DNA from: Abditibacteriaceae bacterium
GTDB lineage: Bacteria > Armatimonadota > Abditibacteriia > Abditibacteriales > Abditibacteriaceae
Direction: 5' to 3'
Length of the DNA stretch: 64,000 bases
Assembly (NCBI GenBank): GCA_965277285.1
Contig: OZ255721.1
Span: 1,440,001-1,504,000, forward strand
Shown: piece by piece, positions 48,096 through 59,401 of the stretch
Numbering within the stretch: position 1 is the first letter of the stretch
How the letters are laid out: every line of letters begins with the position of its first letter
The notes under the pieces: generated by a model
What the model was told of the DNA's origin: nothing
The model's database searches: none
What the model saw: only the letters and a program-made list of their open reading frames with translations
Made by a program: the position numbers and the translations under genes

Positions 48096-48812
48096 CTATC
48101 TCGTCATCATAGCACAAAAATTGTCAAACACACGACGCGAATGAGCGCGCGTCACGCTTTCTAATTCCCGCCCCAGACGCCGCATTTCGGCCAGACTTTG
48201 CGCGCCTTCGACTTCGCACATCGCATCGTCGCTGCTGAGCCAACTTTCCAGTTCTTCAAGTGAAACTTCCAGATGAAATTGCAGGCCGAACGCGTAACGA
48301 CCAACTTGCAACGCCTGATTGGGACACGCTGCCGAAAACGCGAGATTCGTTCCGTCCTGTGGAATCTCGAACATATCGCCGTGCCATTGTAATGTCTTGA
48401 AGGTTCGCGGCAAACCGGCGAAAATCGCGCTTTGTTGTCCGGCCTGGTTCAGTTCGACATCCAGCCAGCCGACTTCGGGTTGCGGCGAACGCACGACCTG
48501 CACTCCGGCGGCTTTAGCCAACAGTTGCGCGCCCAGACACAAACCTAAAAACGGCACCTCGTTTTGCAGACAATTTTGAATCAAGGCGTTTTCATCGCGC
48601 AGCCACGAATAATGATCTTCTTCATCGACATTCATCGGGCCGCCAAGAGAAACCACTGCGTCAACACGATTCGAGTACTCGATAACCGAACGCGGAATTG
48701 TTTCGCCATCAAACGCGCGTACATAATGAACTTGCGCGCCGATGTCGTTGAAAAACTCGTCCCACCAACCCAGATTTTCGGTCGCCGCGTGCTGCGTCAC
48801 CAGAACGTTCAT
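48096..48812 (-). CDS. Type 1 glutamine amidotransferase
   Basis: GGPMNV, LGLCLGAQ, WHGD, LQFHLE. Confidence 0.92.
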   Translation of the reverse strand: MNVLVTQHAATENLGWWDEFFNDIGAQVHYVRAFDGETIPRSVIEYSNRVDAVVSLGGPMNVDEEDHYSWLRDENALIQNCLQNEVPFLGLCLGAQLLAKAAGVQVVRSPQPEVGWLDVELNQAGQQSAIFAGLPRTFKTLQWHGDMFEIPQDGTNLAFSAACPNQALQVGRYAFGLQFHLEVSLEELESWLSSDDAMCEVEGAQSLAEMRRLGRELESVTRAHSRRVFDNFCAMMTR

Positions 48813-48839
48813 GCGCCTTTATCTTAGCATAGTTACAGG

Positions 48840-49436
48840 TTATTTTTGATGTCGTTCTTGCAAACGCAAAATGTATTGGCGAACTTTATTTTCATAATCA
48901 TCGAGATATATTGCATATATGTTTTCTGTGTCAAGGCTGCGTGTAAAAGCGATCTCATGCAAGATCCCATCTGAGTCATCAAGCGTTAATCCGTGGATGT
49001 CCCATAAAATACCGGAAGGCCATTCGTGCTGAGAGTACGCAAACCAATTGATGTTGGTTTGCAATAACTCGCGTCGAACTTCGTCCGAAGGTTTTAAGTT
49101 ATAAGCCTGCTTGAGTAAGTCGTAAGGAGACTCGCTCAACTGCGATAAGGCTTTTTCATTCGACGAACGGCTTTGCGACGTTTTTACCAGCCACAAAATT
49201 GACCATACATCTTTTCGTTTGTAGCCCTCAAGCAAAACCGGAAAAATAATCTGCTCGTAAAGTTCGTGGCGAACTTTGTGGCCGAAATCCCCTGTTTCCA
49301 GAAAGTGCTGTGTCCATGCTTGTTTTTCATCGAACGAATCGAATGACGCAATGAAATCGTTCAACGCGTTGCGCGCTTCGTCTTTCTGACCCAAATTTTT
49401 TAATGTCACATATTGTTCGTAGAGTTCGGGTTTCAT
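48840..49436 (-). CDS. Hypothetical protein
   Basis: ORF from MKPELYEQ; lower GC than neighbours; contains YSQHEWPSGIL; no function assigned. Confidence 0.65.
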   Translation of the reverse strand: MKPELYEQYVTLKNLGQKDEARNALNDFIASFDSFDEKQAWTQHFLETGDFGHKVRHELYEQIIFPVLLEGYKRKDVWSILWLVKTSQSRSSNEKALSQLSESPYDLLKQAYNLKPSDEVRRELLQTNINWFAYSQHEWPSGILWDIHGLTLDDSDGILHEIAFTRSLDTENIYAIYLDDYENKVRQYILRLQERHQK

Positions 49437-49456
49437 TCGAGTACTCGATATTGGCC

Positions 49457-49527
49457 AACGAACCCGAAGCGTCAGCGAGGGAGATAATTTGTATTGATCT
49501 CCCTCGCTGACGCTTCGGGTTCGTTGA
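49457..49527. repeat. AACCCGAAGCGTCAGCGAGG-type REP-like inverted repeat
   Basis: CAACGAACCCGAAGCGTCAGCGAGGGAGAT...ATCTCCCTCGCTGACGCTTCGGGTTCGTTG. Confidence 0.8.
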
Positions 49528-49535
49528 CGCACGTT

Positions 49536-52500
49536 TTACGAATTGACCAGTTCGCGCAACGTGAGCAATTCGTCGCGCAGTTGGGCGGCGCGCTCGAAGT
49601 CCAGGGCGGCGGCGGCTGCTTTCATTTCGGTTTCGAGTTCTTCCAGCATCGCGGGCAATTCTTCGGGTTTCGGCTTGCCTTTCATCACCGAAGACGGCTT
49701 CAGTTCGGCGCGCGCGTCCGCCATCATTTCTGAAATCAGATCGTTGCGAATCGCTTTCTGAATGCCTTGCGGCGTGATGCCGTTGCGCTCGTTGAAGTCC
49801 AATTGAATGGCGCGGCGGCGATTGGTTTCGTCAATGGCGCGCTGCATCGAACCGGTGATTCTGTCGGCATACATAATCACCTGGCCTTCGACGTGGCGCG
49901 CCGCGCGCCCGATAGTTTGAATCAAAGATGTATCCGAGCGCAGGAAACCTTCTTTGTCGGCGTCCAAAATGGCGACGAGCGAGACTTCCGGCAAATCCAA
50001 ACCTTCGCGCAACAAGTTGATGCCAACGATGACATCGTATTTCCCCTGCCGCAATTCGCGCAAAATCTGGCTGCGTTCCAACGTTACAACGTCGCTGTGC
50101 AGATAATTAACTTTGACGTTGATTTCCTTGAGGTAATCGGTCAAGTCTTCGGCCATGCGCTTGGTCAAAGTTGTCACGAGTACTCGTTGTTTACGCGCGG
50201 TGCGTTCGCGGATTTCTCCCAGCAAATCGTCAATTTGGCCACGTGTCGGGCGAATCGAGATTTCGGGATCAATCAAACCCGTCGGGCGAATAATCTGTTC
50301 GACGATTTGGCCAGTCACGTCTTCGGGAATCCACTGGCGCGTCGTGGCAACTTTCTTCTTGGCGGCTTTGCGTCCGTTTTTCTTTGGTTCGACAACTTCG
50401 GTTGCAGCTTCCGGTTCGATTTCGACTTCGGTAATTTCCTGGCGATAACCGATGTGCTCCATTTCATACGGGCCAGGCGTGGCGGAAACGTAAATCGTCT
50501 GGCCGCGACGCTCTTCAAATTCCTCGAACTTCAAAGGCCGATTATCGAAGGCAGCCGGAAGCCTGAAACCGTAGTCAATGAGGACTTCTTTGCGCGCGCG
50601 GTCGCCGTTATACATACCGCGAATTTGCGGCATCGTCTGATGGCTTTCATCGACCACAAGCAAGTAATCTTTGGGGAAATAATCGAGCAGCGTAAAGGGC
50701 GGCGCGCCTGGAACGCGTCCATCGAGATAGCGGCTGTAGTTTTCGATGCCGTTGCAATAACCGACTTCGCGCATCATTTCCAGATCGTAGCGCACGCGTT
50801 GCTTCAAGCGTTGCGCTTCCAGCAGTTTGCCGACGCTTTCAAAATAAGCGACTTGTTCGTTCAAGTCGGCTTCGATTTGCACCAGCGCGCCCGCCATGCG
50901 ATCTTCGGACGCGATAAAGTGCGTGGCCGGAAAAATCGTGGCGCGCTCGATTTCTTTGACCACTTCGCCCGTCAAAGTATTGATTTGTTGAATGCTTTCG
51001 ATTTCGTCGCCGAAAGTGTCGATGCGTGTCACCAGTTCGGCGTCGCGCGGATGTATTTCGAGAACGTCGCCGCGCACGCGAAACGTGCCGCGAATCAGGT
51101 TGATGTCGTTGCGCGCAAACTGCATCATTACCAGTTTTTCCAGAATGCCGCGCCGGTCGATGGTTTGTCCGACAGCTAATTCCAGCACGTTTTCCTGATA
51201 TAAATCGGGCGTTCCCAGACCGTAGATGCAACTCACGCTCGATACGATAATCACATCGCGGCGACTGGAAACAGATTGAGTACTCGCATGGCGCAAGCGG
51301 TCGATTTCTTCGTTGCGACTCGATTCTTTTTCGATGTACGTATCGGTGTGCGGCATATACGCTTCGGGCTGATAATAATCGTAGTAAGACACGAAGTATT
51401 CCACCGCGTTTTTGGGGAAGAACTCGCGGATTTCCTGGCAAAGTTGCGCCGCGAGGGTTTTGTTGTGCGCGATAATCAAGGCCGGACGCTGCAAACGCGC
51501 GATGACTTGAGACGCCGTGTAAGTGTTGTGAACGAAAAGCCCGCCGCTTCCTGTGAGAAATGTTTCGTAGCCGTCCACGCTGAAATCGTAAACGCACGGT
51601 GTTTTTGGTGCGACTTCTGCGATGCTTTCGAGCGGCGACCAATGAACCTTGGACAATCCGCAAAACGCCGCATCTTCGATTTTCAAAACATGGCACAAAC
51701 GTTGGAACAGCGCGCGCGATGGTTGCCTTTTGCCATTCTCAATGGCACCGATAGCGGAACGTGAGCAACCGCATTTTTGTGCGATTTCGCGCTGCAAAAT
51801 CCCTTGTTTCAAACGTTCTTCGCAGAGATGAGCGCCAACACCTGTCACCACATCGACATTGGTATTTGACGAACGCGTGGCGTCGTGCAAAGCATCGTTT
51901 TTTCGGTCGCTCGCAAAGCCAATTCGCGTTTGGAAACGCTGCAAATTTTCCGCGCCCGAAATCGTGATCTTGTGATACGTGCCGATTTCACCGTTTGACT
52001 TGCGTTTGCCAACCTCACGCATTCGTGCCCAGATACCGAAACGCAACAAGGCTTCAGTGACATCGGCGGCCAATCTAGTACTCGAAGTCACCGCTGTGAC
52101 CGCACTGCCATCAACGCCGCCGTCGCCTTCAAAATAGCCGCGCAACAACGACGACAAAACGTCGTTCGACAATGAAACCCACTGCGCGGGCATTTGCTTG
52201 CGGGCTGCACCCGAACCCATCAGGTTGCGCAGCATTTGGCTCCAGGATTTGGACGAAACGACGAAATCGCCGTCCACGCGCCGGAAATAAGGAACATTGA
52301 GCGCATCGAAACAACGCTGCAATTCGTTTTGCACTTGAGTCTCGCGCACCGAAAACAAAGCGCAGCGCTCAGCGGCGTGACCTTCAGCCAGATATTGTCC
52401 CCAGATGAAACCGACATCAGAAGTCAACGACAAAACCGCTGGCCAGCGGCGTTGTGGCGACGCTAAAGAAAGTTCCCTGACGCTCACCATTTGGTGTTCG

Positions 52501-53237
52501 CACAAAGCCTGAGCCGCCGCGACATGAAAGCCTTCGCGCTGATTCCTGACGTGACTCCATTTATCATGCACACAAGGATAAAACGGGCGCAGCACATCTT
52601 TCCATGAGCGAATATCTTCTTTGCCCAGCGACATCATCTTTTCCGGTTCAAGCACAACGGTTTGCCGCGATGCTTCCCCTAAAATGGAAAGCCAATTCAG
52701 CGAAGTCAAAGGTTGCACAGGTTCCGGCAGTTGCAGAGGAACAGGCATCGCGTCACCTTGCCGAACTTCGTTGCCGCGCAACAATTGCAGGCGACCTTGG
52801 CGCAGAACCCAGACACTGTGGTCGCCAGTCACTGTGACTTCGCGTCCGCAATTGGTGCGCAAACGGAACAACGTCGAAGGGCTTGCGTGACGGCTCAAAG
52901 CCGTGATGCGGCGCCATGCAACGTTCCCGGTTGTGTTATCCCACGCCAGAACGCGCCACGCAGCGGGCGGTGGCATTTCGTCCGATTCGCTTTCTTGCGC
53001 CGAGCCAAAAGCCTTATCCAGCAAAGCACCGATGGCACCTCGATAAAATTCCCCTTTTGACAATTCAACCGTTACGGGTTCATACCATGCGACGCTTTTC
53101 CCGGTGCCCGTTGCACCCAAAAGAACCTGATGCGCCAGTCCGTCGCGGGCGCCTTCACACAATTTGTCAATCGCCTGCGGCTGGTCTCCGGCGGGCGGAA
53201 ACGGCGCGTGAAGCTTGAATTCGCCTGTCTTTTTCAT
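49536..53237 (-). CDS. uvrB: Excinuclease ABC subunit B, intein-containing
   Basis: [59 protein letters not shown]-terminal UVR motif. Confidence 0.96.
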   Translation of the reverse strand: MKKTGEFKLHAPFPPAGDQPQAIDKLCEGARDGLAHQVLLGATGTGKSVAWYEPVTVELSKGEFYRGAIGALLDKAFGSAQESESDEMPPPAAWRVLAWDNTTGNVAWRRITALSRHASPSTLFRLRTNCGREVTVTGDHSVWVLRQGRLQLLRGNEVRQGDAMPVPLQLPEPVQPLTSLNWLSILGEASRQTVVLEPEKMMSLGKEDIRSWKDVLRPFYPCVHDKWSHVRNQREGFHVAAAQALCEHQMVSVRELSLASPQRRWPAVLSLTSDVGFIWGQYLAEGHAAERCALFSVRETQVQNELQRCFDALNVPYFRRVDGDFVVSSKSWSQMLRNLMGSGAARKQMPAQWVSLSNDVLSSLLRGYFEGDGGVDGSAVTAVTSSTRLAADVTEALLRFGIWARMREVGKRKSNGEIGTYHKITISGAENLQRFQTRIGFASDRKNDALHDATRSSNTNVDVVTGVGAHLCEERLKQGILQREIAQKCGCSRSAIGAIENGKRQPSRALFQRLCHVLKIEDAAFCGLSKVHWSPLESIAEVAPKTPCVYDFSVDGYETFLTGSGGLFVHNTYTASQVIARLQRPALIIAHNKTLAAQLCQEIREFFPKNAVEYFVSYYDYYQPEAYMPHTDTYIEKESSRNEEIDRLRHASTQSVSSRRDVIIVSSVSCIYGLGTPDLYQENVLELAVGQTIDRRGILEKLVMMQFARNDINLIRGTFRVRGDVLEIHPRDAELVTRIDTFGDEIESIQQINTLTGEVVKEIERATIFPATHFIASEDRMAGALVQIEADLNEQVAYFESVGKLLEAQRLKQRVRYDLEMMREVGYCNGIENYSRYLDGRVPGAPPFTLLDYFPKDYLLVVDESHQTMPQIRGMYNGDRARKEVLIDYGFRLPAAFDNRPLKFEEFEERRGQTIYVSATPGPYEMEHIGYRQEITEVEIEPEAATEVVEPKKNGRKAAKKKVATTRQWIPEDVTGQIVEQIIRPTGLIDPEISIRPTRGQIDDLLGEIRERTARKQRVLVTTLTKRMAEDLTDYLKEINVKVNYLHSDVVTLERSQILRELRQGKYDVIVGINLLREGLDLPEVSLVAILDADKEGFLRSDTSLIQTIGRAARHVEGQVIMYADRITGSMQRAIDETNRRRAIQLDFNERNGITPQGIQKAIRNDLISEMMADARAELKPSSVMKGKPKPEELPAMLEELETEMKAAAAALDFERAAQLRDELLTLRELVNS
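51525..53096 (-). mobile_element. Intein (524 aa) with LAGLIDADG homing endonuclease and XRE-like HTH, inserted in the UvrB Walker A
   Basis: Starts SVAWYEPV after GTGK; block B VTGDHSV; GQYLAEG and RGYFEGDG; ends VYDFSV..FVHN followed by T. Confidence 0.92.
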
Positions 53238-53270
53238 ACCTCAAGTTTACCGCAGCAAACGCTGGAAGAA

Positions 53271-53370
53271 TGAACCGCCAAGACGCCAAGTTCGCCAAGT
53301 TCGCCAAGAAAAGAGATTCGAGTACTCGATTGAGTAACTTCTCTCACAATCTTGGTGTCTTGGTGGTTCA
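53271..53370. repeat. Intergenic inverted repeat with CGCCAAG units and the palindrome in its loop
   Basis: TGAACCGCCAAGACGCCAAG...CTTGGTGTCTTGGTGGTTCA; TCGAGTACTCGA at 53318. Confidence 0.7.
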
Positions 53371-53422
53371 TTAAAAAGCGGTGAGCGCCTTTGGTACAAT
53401 TCAGATTGGTTTTTCGTTTTCT

Positions 53423-54010
53423 ATGTCTACAGAACTTTCGACGCGCGACCAATTTGAAACTTTATTAACGCCGATTTTGCCAATGGCTTTCGGCCTCGCA
53501 TTGCGCCTGACCAACGGACGCGCCGATGCCGAAGACTTGCTGCAAGACGCCTCGTTGCGCGCCTTCAAAGCGTTCGCGCAATTTGAAAGCGGCACCAATT
53601 TCAAAGCCTGGTTCCTGCGCGTCCTGACCACAACGTTTCTCAACCTCAAGCGCAAGGAAGCGAACGCGCCGCAATTGGCGACGTTGGAAGAAGACGAAGA
53701 AATCGACGATCAATATATCTTCAAGCACGCGGCACAAAGCGGTTTGATGTCGCGCAAGACCGATCCCGCGCAATTGTTGATGCAACGTTTGGAAAGTCAG
53801 GAGATCGCGGACGCGCTGATGATGTTGCCAGCAGAATTTCGCATCGTCGCGTTGCTCAGCTTCATCGAACAATTGAGCTACGAAGAAATTGCAAGTATCG
53901 TCAATTGTCCGGTCGGAACGGTGCGCTCGCGTTTGCATCGCGCACGCAAAATACTGCAAAAATCGCTGTGGGATTTGGCGTTGGAAAAGGGAATTGTCAG
54001 AGAAAAATGA
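53423..54010 (+). CDS. ECF sigma-70 factor
   Basis: DAEDLLQD, GTNFKAW, LSYEEIA..CPVGTVRSRLHRAR. Confidence 0.93.
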   Translation: MSTELSTRDQFETLLTPILPMAFGLALRLTNGRADAEDLLQDASLRAFKAFAQFESGTNFKAWFLRVLTTTFLNLKRKEANAPQLATLEEDEEIDDQYIFKHAAQSGLMSRKTDPAQLLMQRLESQEIADALMMLPAEFRIVALLSFIEQLSYEEIASIVNCPVGTVRSRLHRARKILQKSLWDLALEKGIVREK

Positions 54011-54354
54011 ACCACCAAGGCACACAATAAAGAATCGAGTACTCGAAAGCCACAGTTTCTCTTTCTAAACCTGCTCGTACGGCACCCCTCGCCCAAGGGT
54101 AACCATTCGCCCAAGGACACCTGAAGCTGGAACATGCGATGCACTCCAAGCATGGAGAGAATGATAGATCTGCGCCTATCTTTTCGAGATTGACCAACCC
54201 AAGCTCGAAACCGTATTTCTACTAATTGCGCCGCCCCCATTTCGAGAATGAAATAGTTGTGTTGCTGGGGCGCGATTTGAGGCGGGTTTGAAGAATCTTG
54301 CCGCAACTTCAATACTGGTAAAGATCGCTATACGCCCAAAAAAGGGTGCCTCGT

Positions 54355-57300
54355 TCAATTCTTAGCTTCAAAAACTTGCATTGCAGGAAGCATATTGCCC
54401 TTATGATCGAACAAAGCTCGATTTTCCCAGGTTCCTGACCAACCTGGCCCGCCCCACTGATCACCCTGAATCCATTCTGGCGCCCAATAAAATACACCTT
54501 TGCCATGCCCATCCGGTGTTGCAGCGACGGTGCGAATCAATTCGTTCAAGTAGGTCTTCTGGCCTTCGGGCGTGATCGGATAAGGCAAAGTGCCTTTATC
54601 ACCGCCCCAGGTGTCGTAACTGGTTTCCGCGATGTAAATATCTTTTTTGTAGGTGCGCGCCAGCGACGCCAGATTCGCTGTGAGATCGGCGAAACTGCCA
54701 TGCCAGAACGGATAATAAGACAAGCCGATAACATCGAACGCGACACCGCGACGCTGCAAATTGTCGTAGAACCAGCGACCAATATCTTTGTTGCCACCCT
54801 GGGCATCGTGAATCATAATGATGGCTTTCGGGTCAATTTCTCGCACGGCGCGGATGCCCGCTTTGAGCAGATCGGCAAACGCATCCCACCTGGCATCACT
54901 GTTGAGCGGCCCGCCATCAGGCCACATCATGCCGTTGCTGACTTCGTTGCCCACAGAAACGATTTCGGGCGCGCAGCCTTCGCGCTTGAAAGCGGCCAGC
55001 GTGTCGCGCGTGTAGGTGTAAACGCGTTTCACGAGTTGCGCATGAGACAGGTTTTTCCAGGCGGCTGGAGTGATTTGATGCCCGGGATCGGCCCAGTCAT
55101 CGGAATAGTGGTAATCGAGGTAAAACTTGAGTCTCGCCGCTTTAACGCGCCTGGCTAATTTCAAGGTGTAAGGCAATGTATTGACCTGACCTTCTTTGCC
55201 GTTGGGATTGACGAAAAGGCGCAGCCGGACATATTCGCAGCCATGATCTTTGAAGATCATCAAAGGGTCTTTAACTTGTCCAGCTTCTTTGTATTGAACG
55301 CCGTGGTCTTGAATGGTTTGCAAGAGCGACAGATCGGCTCCCATCACGAAGCGCGAAATTTTATTTTCTTGAACCACGGATTGTCGCTCCACCGCCGTCT
55401 GAGGTGTGGCACTGATAATTCCAACGTCGATACCTTGTCCGCCAAGGGTTTGGTGAACGTGAACGGCGAGCGTATTTTGTCCTGGCTTAAGCGCCGTACG
55501 TCCTGACGCGTTCATTGGAACCGAATCGTAGTTGTTATTGAAGCCGGGCAGAGTGGCCGCGAGTACTCCATTGAGGTAAATTTCGGCGTCTTCGTCGTGC
55601 AAAACGGAAAACGATAACTCCGTCGGGATATTGTTGGGCAGCGTGAAGCGGCGCCGCATCCAAATATCGGAAGTCTGCCAATCGGTGCGAACGCCGTCCA
55701 TCTCGTGGCCAAAGGGCGCGGCGCCGCTTTGCCACGATGAAGTATCAAAGTCCGATTTCTCCCAGCCATCAGCGGGCTTTTGAGTCGTATAAAGCCACAT
55801 CTGCGGCGCGTCTTGAGAGGTCGGCACCAAGTCCTGGTTGACGGGACGCGGCGGCAAAGCCAGAAACTTTCCGCCGTTAGCCGCCTTTATAAAGTTCGGC
55901 AGAGGCTTCATGACCGCCCTATCGTAGGTCAACATGCCGTTGGTTTCTTCCTCGACATCGGAGATCTGTGTATAAACAACGGCGCTCGCGCCTTGTATAT
56001 CGCGTAAATTATAAGCAATTTTGAGCAACTGCTGATAACGCTCGGTCAAATGCCATCCGTCGTGGATGATGGTGCCATAACCGAAGTTGGCCGCGCTCCA
56101 AACATGGTCTGGAACGCGCATACTGATGCCGCCAAACTCGCCGCATACCAGCGCCCGCGTTGCGTCGGGTTTGTCCACCGAAGGTTCGGGGTAAGTATGG
56201 GTATCGTTGACATCGCCAACACCAGGCGGCGTCGGGAGGCGGAACTGGCTCATCTTGCCATCAACAACCTGGTTATAGCCGCCACTGGCTGCATTGATCA
56301 GGCGCGTCGGGTCAAGGCGCCTGGTCAACAAAGCGAGTTGTTCCGTATCATGCTGACCCCAGCCTTCGTTGAACAATGTCCACACGACAATGCTCGGGTG
56401 GTTATAAAACTCAGCAATTTCGCGCTTCCACTCAATCAGCCATTGCGCCTTGGCCGCGTCGGAAAGCCCGTAGCTTTGGCCGTCGATGGAAGCGCCGAAC
56501 ATCTGCGGCATATCTTGCCAGACCAGCATTCCCAACTTATCGCAGTGATAATACCAGCGGTCGGGTTCGACTTTGGCATGTTTGCGCAGCAGGTTAAAAC
56601 CTAATGTCTTGGCCGTTTCGATGTCAGAGCGCAACGCTTGGTCAGTCGGCGCGGTGAAGATGCCGTCCGGCCAATAACCCTGATCAAGAGCGCCGACCTG
56701 GAACACGAATTTGTTATTGAGGAAGATTCGAGTGCGTCCCTGCGCATCTTTGCCCAACGAAATCTTTCGCATCGCAAAGTAAGAATCCACGCTATCGGCG
56801 CGCGGGCCTTTGCCAAGCGTGACCTTTAAGTCATAAAGAAAGGGCGCGTCCGGCGACCACAATTTCGCGTTTGACAACGGGATGACAAGTTCGGCGTTGG
56901 CAATTCCAGTACTCGATGCCACGCTTTTCCCGTTAGTCATCACCGACACTTTAACCAATGTATAAATTGAAGCGTTGCCCTTTGATAGCACCGTCAAGTG
57001 CAACTGCGAGGCATCTACGTCGGGCGTGATTTTCAAGCTGTCAATGTGCGCGATGGGCACCGGCTCCAGCCACACGGTTTGCCAGATTCCAGTCGCTGCC
57101 GTATATAAAACTCCGCCGGAACGAAGTCGCTGCTTGCCAATGGCCTGCGAGTTTTCATTATCCACGGAAAGTGCGTTGGCCGTGGCGACCACCAATTCGT
57201 TCGTTCCCTCGCGCAAAACCGATGTAATATCGAAAGAAAAGCCATCGAAGCCGCCATAATGCGAGCCAACAATTTTGCCGTTGACCATAACTGCCGCATC

Positions 57301-57735
57301 ATGGTTGACCGCACCAAAGTGCAGCAATACTTTCTGACCTTTCCAGGCAAGAGGAACCGCAAACTTGCGGCGGTACCACAGTTTTTGATCGGGAATACTC
57401 GGTTTTCCGACGCCGGAAAGAGCCGACTCGTAGGGATAAGGCACCAAAATTTGGCTGTTAAAAACAGTGGGCGCAGTGTCTGCACCACGCACCGTCAACG
57501 CATAGTCCCAAAGACCATTGAGGTTTTGCCAATCCCTGCGCTGCATTTGTGGTCGCGGATACTCGGGCAGAACATTTTCGGGAGAAACATCTTTAGCAAA
57601 ACGGCTCATCAAGCGACCGCTCGCAGGCTGCCGAGCTTCTTGGGCCTGAAGAAATGTTAGCGGGAGCGCCAGCCCAATCGCGAGCATTGCACAGGTCAAC
57701 AGAAATGGGTATCTCAAGGGTTTGTTCTTCATCAA
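54355..57735 (-). CDS. Secreted fusion: GH2 glycosidase, jelly-roll domain, GH53 endo-1,4-beta-galactanase
   Basis: GH2 motifs EYPRPQ, TGIWQTVWLE, LDQGYWPDG, RKHAKVEP, FNEGWG, GEFGG; GH53 motifs GADLS, VRLRLF, DYHYSDDWADPG, VGNE, GLSYYP, AETSY, FYWAP. Confidence 0.88.
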   Translation of the reverse strand: MMKNKPLRYPFLLTCAMLAIGLALPLTFLQAQEARQPASGRLMSRFAKDVSPENVLPEYPRPQMQRRDWQNLNGLWDYALTVRGADTAPTVFNSQILVPYPYESALSGVGKPSIPDQKLWYRRKFAVPLAWKGQKVLLHFGAVNHDAAVMVNGKIVGSHYGGFDGFSFDITSVLREGTNELVVATANALSVDNENSQAIGKQRLRSGGVLYTAATGIWQTVWLEPVPIAHIDSLKITPDVDASQLHLTVLSKGNASIYTLVKVSVMTNGKSVASSTGIANAELVIPLSNAKLWSPDAPFLYDLKVTLGKGPRADSVDSYFAMRKISLGKDAQGRTRIFLNNKFVFQVGALDQGYWPDGIFTAPTDQALRSDIETAKTLGFNLLRKHAKVEPDRWYYHCDKLGMLVWQDMPQMFGASIDGQSYGLSDAAKAQWLIEWKREIAEFYNHPSIVVWTLFNEGWGQHDTEQLALLTRRLDPTRLINAASGGYNQVVDGKMSQFRLPTPPGVGDVNDTHTYPEPSVDKPDATRALVCGEFGGISMRVPDHVWSAANFGYGTIIHDGWHLTERYQQLLKIAYNLRDIQGASAVVYTQISDVEEETNGMLTYDRAVMKPLPNFIKAANGGKFLALPPRPVNQDLVPTSQDAPQMWLYTTQKPADGWEKSDFDTSSWQSGAAPFGHEMDGVRTDWQTSDIWMRRRFTLPNNIPTELSFSVLHDEDAEIYLNGVLAATLPGFNNNYDSVPMNASGRTALKPGQNTLAVHVHQTLGGQGIDVGIISATPQTAVERQSVVQENKISRFVMGADLSLLQTIQDHGVQYKEAGQVKDPLMIFKDHGCEYVRLRLFVNPNGKEGQVNTLPYTLKLARRVKAARLKFYLDYHYSDDWADPGHQITPAAWKNLSHAQLVKRVYTYTRDTLAAFKREGCAPEIVSVGNEVSNGMMWPDGGPLNSDARWDAFADLLKAGIRAVREIDPKAIIMIHDAQGGNKDIGRWFYDNLQRRGVAFDVIGLSYYPFWHGSFADLTANLASLARTYKKDIYIAETSYDTWGGDKGTLPYPITPEGQKTYLNELIRTVAATPDGHGKGVFYWAPEWIQGDQWGGPGWSGTWENRALFDHKGNMLPAMQVFEAKN

Positions 57736-57870
57736 TTTGCTGTCCTTATGGCCGTCTGGATGGCCGTCTGGGTTAATCGAGTACTCGAAACGATGTACTT
57801 TGCCTTTTTCGCCGTTTTCCGATTCTGAACTCGCTCACTGAAAGCTGCTTTTTCTTGCTTAGCTTCAATA

Positions 57871-57898
57871 GACTAACCGGTTTGTCATAGACTATAAT
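57871..57898 (+). promoter_or_regulatory. LacI-type operator next to a -10 element
   Basis: Near-palindrome GACTAACCGGTTTGTC with central CG, followed by TATAAT (57893-98), between the divergent GH and lacI genes. Confidence 0.55.
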
Positions 57899-57992
57899 TT
57901 AGCAGGGCGGCGTTCAGGCGACAAGATTGTGATGCAGCTTATTTTTCGACTTATAGCTAAGCGGTTGTTAAAATTCGGTAACAGGTATTGTT

Positions 57993-59039
57993 TTGACATC
58001 TTCTAAACTTCTTTCAGATTCCGCGACCAGTCTCAGTCCGCCCACGATGTCGGACATTGCCGCGCGCGTGGGCGTGAGCAAAGTCACTGTGTCGGCAGTG
58101 CTCAGCGCTTCGGCGGGCAACCACACGCGCGTCGCTCCGGCCACGCGGCAACGCATTCTTGATGCGGCGCGCGAGATGAACTACACACCAAACGGCCTGG
58201 CAAAGATGTTTCGCCAGAAGAGAACTGGAATTATCGGGCTTTACATGGGCGATTGGATTCTCAATACCCACGACATGTTTTTGGCCGAAATTGTCAGTGG
58301 CTTGCAGCTGGGGTGCGACGAACATCGCCGAGATTTGCTCATCCACGGCACGTTTCGCGGTCAGTCGACAGAAGATATTTATCTTGAACTGATCAGTCGC
58401 AAAATTGACGGCCTTGTCATGTTCGCACGCGAGGGAGACGCGCTCGCGCAACGCCTGGCATCCAGCTCGATGCCGGTTGTCGCTATCGCCGATGCTGTGC
58501 CTGCCCTTCCATCGGTCGTCGTAGACGATTGTCTGGGTTCGCGGCTTATCGTGGACTATTTATTTTCTAAAGGCCATCAGCGCATTCTTTATCGCAACGG
58601 ACGCTCTTTTCAAACCTCGGCAACGCGTCGCTATGAATCTTTCCTTGCGGCGGCGACCAAGTGCGGGATGACTGTGGTGGAAGACGCTAAACGCCAGGAG
58701 AACTTCGATTTTGCATTAAGCGAGGAAGAAAAGGCGATTCTGAACCAGCCTGCGAGTCAAAGGCCCACTGCTATTGTGTGCAACAACGACCTGCTGGCTT
58801 ACCGAACCGTTGATTATTGCCAGGACACGAAACGGAGTGTGCCAAGTAAATTTGCCATTGTGGGCTTTGATGGGATGGTGCCGCAAATCCGACCCGCAGC
58901 AAAATTAACGACGATCTGTGCGCCCTGGTCACAGGTCGCTCAAACGGCTCTCGCACTGATAGTCCGGTGTCTGGAAGGTGGAGCGCTCCCGGTCGAAACG
59001 GTGCTTCCTGTTGAACTTGTAATTGGAGAAACCGCGTGA
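57993..59039 (+). CDS. LacI family transcriptional regulator
   Basis: TMSDIAARVGVSKVTVSAVL, YTPN, CNND, IVGFDG. Confidence 0.93.
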   Translation: MTSSKLLSDSATSLSPPTMSDIAARVGVSKVTVSAVLSASAGNHTRVAPATRQRILDAAREMNYTPNGLAKMFRQKRTGIIGLYMGDWILNTHDMFLAEIVSGLQLGCDEHRRDLLIHGTFRGQSTEDIYLELISRKIDGLVMFAREGDALAQRLASSSMPVVAIADAVPALPSVVVDDCLGSRLIVDYLFSKGHQRILYRNGRSFQTSATRRYESFLAAATKCGMTVVEDAKRQENFDFALSEEEKAILNQPASQRPTAIVCNNDLLAYRTVDYCQDTKRSVPSKFAIVGFDGMVPQIRPAAKLTTICAPWSQVAQTALALIVRCLEGGALPVETVLPVELVIGETA

Positions 59040-59401
59040 CGAACGACAAAAGTAAGCCTCCAACAAAGCAATGCCGTCTTAACGGACTCTTGTTGCCGCT
59101 GGCGACAATTTTCGATGCCACAACTCATCGCAGAAGTGCTCACAAACTTTGCGACCACAGCGTAGACCACCGAGCCACACGAGTTGCAGTAAATGCTTCG
59201 GTTATGTGGTTTAACGGCATTGAATCTTTGTTCCAAGCGAACCAATCAAAACGAACTTTGGCAGCGTTTTGAGGCACAAAAGTCAGCGATGTAAGTGCTG
59301 AGAACCTGGTGTCAATGTCCATTAAAGTATGCACATTTTCTCAGTCCTTATAGAACGTTTGCCCCAAGCTGAAGAGCGAGGTAATTTCTTCATTTTTCAA
59401 G

